A DNA stretch of 63,451 nucleotides, filler included, from an uncultured Chlamydiae bacterium (GTDB lineage Bacteria; Chlamydiota; Chlamydiia; Chlamydiales; SM23-39): the NCBI GenBank assembly GCA_937899275.1. It is 12 parts of 12 records of this genome, joined end to end, with 100 filler letters (N's around TTAATTAATTAA, not from the genome) between each part and the next. Parts side by side here need not be neighbours in the genome. Positions count along the whole stretch, not along the records: positions 62,098 to 63,451 come from CALBPE010000069.1; 11 more parts are not named here. One strand, given 5' to 3'. Below are positions 62,213-63,451 of the stretch, one piece after another (the stretch's first letter is position 1; the number at the start of each line of letters is the position of its first letter). The notes beneath the pieces are model-generated. The model ran no database searches and was not told the DNA's origin. It worked only from the letters and a program-made list of their open reading frames with translations. The position numbers and the translations under genes were made by a program.

Positions 62213-63451
62213 TCAATCACTTTCAGGTAGAATAATTTCTGGATAAACCGGATATTTCTGCATAAGTTGTTGTGTTTTTTTCTGAGCGCTTTTTTTGACA
62301 GCCGGATCGATCTCCACTTCTACTTTTGAAGGTTTCATCTCACCTTTCTTCGCTTTAGTTCCTCTCAAAAGAGGCTCCAAGATATCCTCTGCAATGATTT
62401 CCATCTCTTCTTCCCGCATTCCAAGCGACGTCAAAGCAGGCGTACCCAATCGGATTCCAGAGGTATACCAAGCTCCATTTTGGTCGTTGGGCACAGAGTT
62501 TCTATTGCAAGTGATGCCTACTTGTCGAAGTGCTCCTTCTGCAGCCTTTCCGGTTAAACCAAAACTTTCATATACATCAATCAAAAGCATATGATTATCG
62601 GTTCCACCTGTTAACACTCTAACGCCTTTTTTTTGTAAAAATTCTGCTAAAGCTTGCGCGTTTTTCACCACTTGTTGGGAATACTTTTGAAAGGAGGGCT
62701 TTAAAGCTTCTTCAAAAGCCACAGCTTTTGCAGCAATCACATGAGGCATAGGGCCTCCAATCACTAAAGGACAGCCTCTATTTACAGCATCTTAAAATTC
62801 TTCCTTACAAAGAATCATGCCCCCTCTAGGGCCTCTTAACTTATTATGGATTGAAGATGTGATGATGTCGGCAAAAGGTACAGGATTATAATTACCAGTA
62901 AAAACGCCCCCTGCAACAAGCCCTGAAAAGTGCGCCATATCTACCATTAAAACGGCACCTACGCTATCTGCGATTTCTCGCATTTTTGCAAAATCAATTT
63001 TTCTTGGATAAGCCGAGTAACCTGCTAAAAGGATCAAAGGCTTTTCTTCTAAAACTTTCTTTTGAATTGTTGCATAGTCTAACAACCCTGTTTTCGAGTC
63101 TACATCATAAAATGAAGAGCTAAAGAGTTTTGAAGAGATATTGTGCCTATAGCCGTGTGTTAAATGCCCTCCTGAATTCAAAGACATTCCTATCATTTTC
63201 TGTTTAGAAAGAAGGTTTCGAAGATCTTCATACTCTTCTTTTGTCAGTTGATCGAGTTTTTTTCCTTTGAATGCAAGAGTATCTCGCTCAACTCTAACAC
63301 TTAAAATCGCTAAAAAGGCGATCAAGTTTGCATCGGCTCCTGAATGGGGCTGCAGATACGCATGCTCTGCTTGAAAAAGTTTTTTTGCTAAATCATTAGC
63401 ATAACCTTCTACTGCATCCACATTTTCGCATCCTGCATAAAATCTTCTTCC
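62213..63451 (-). CDS. glyA: Serine hydroxymethyltransferase, 5'-truncated, in-frame TAA 62792-62794
   Basis: RFYAGCENVD, QPHSGADAN, GGHLTHG, DMAHFSGLVA, LRGPRGG, GGTDNH, SGIRLGTPA. Confidence 0.95.

Noticed and set aside
494..62594. Numerous 60-160 aa ORFs antisense to or nested in identified genes
   Set aside because: Shadow ORFs with no motifs or RBS
1..63451. CRISPR array, cas genes or rRNA
   Set aside because: No regularly spaced repeat-spacer series or recognisable motifs seen by eye

Overview
The window is 12 contigs of a draft Chlamydiota genome (environmental, Simkania/Rhabdochlamydia-like by gene content). They are joined by 11 artificial 100-nt linkers (N44-TTAATTAATTAA-N44), so adjacency across linkers is meaningless. 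Chlamydial identity rests on the V-type ATPase A-B-D-I operon, birA/rodA, pkn1 (kinase+FGE-sulfatase), the nrdR-dksA-lspA...lpxK-E2-kdsD block, lnt-lpxC, a CT623-like porin and MOMP-like porins. Accessory content: (1) a decayed, apparently tandem island at tRNA-Ser(GGA) with a ~210-bp direct repeat, two 39-bp palindromic sites, Fic, secreted GH5, AAA/PD-(D/E)XK and AbiEii remnants; (2) a DUF429 + two-photolyase operon including an FeS-less (6-4) photolyase; (3) a lipoprotein beta-carbonic anhydrase that has lost all Zn ligands; (4) a PATR autotransporter; (5) F-box-ankyrin and RING candidate effectors; (6) a triplicated orphan gene family, two members sharing a promoter; (7) a TnpB-element right end plus IS256 and IS2-like remnants; (8) carAB. 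Many conserved genes carry in-frame TAA/TAG codons or in-frame deletions. Several TAAs sit at Lys positions, but others stand for Leu/Tyr, so consensus error or decay is more likely than recoding. All calls come from motif recognition only; no searches were run.
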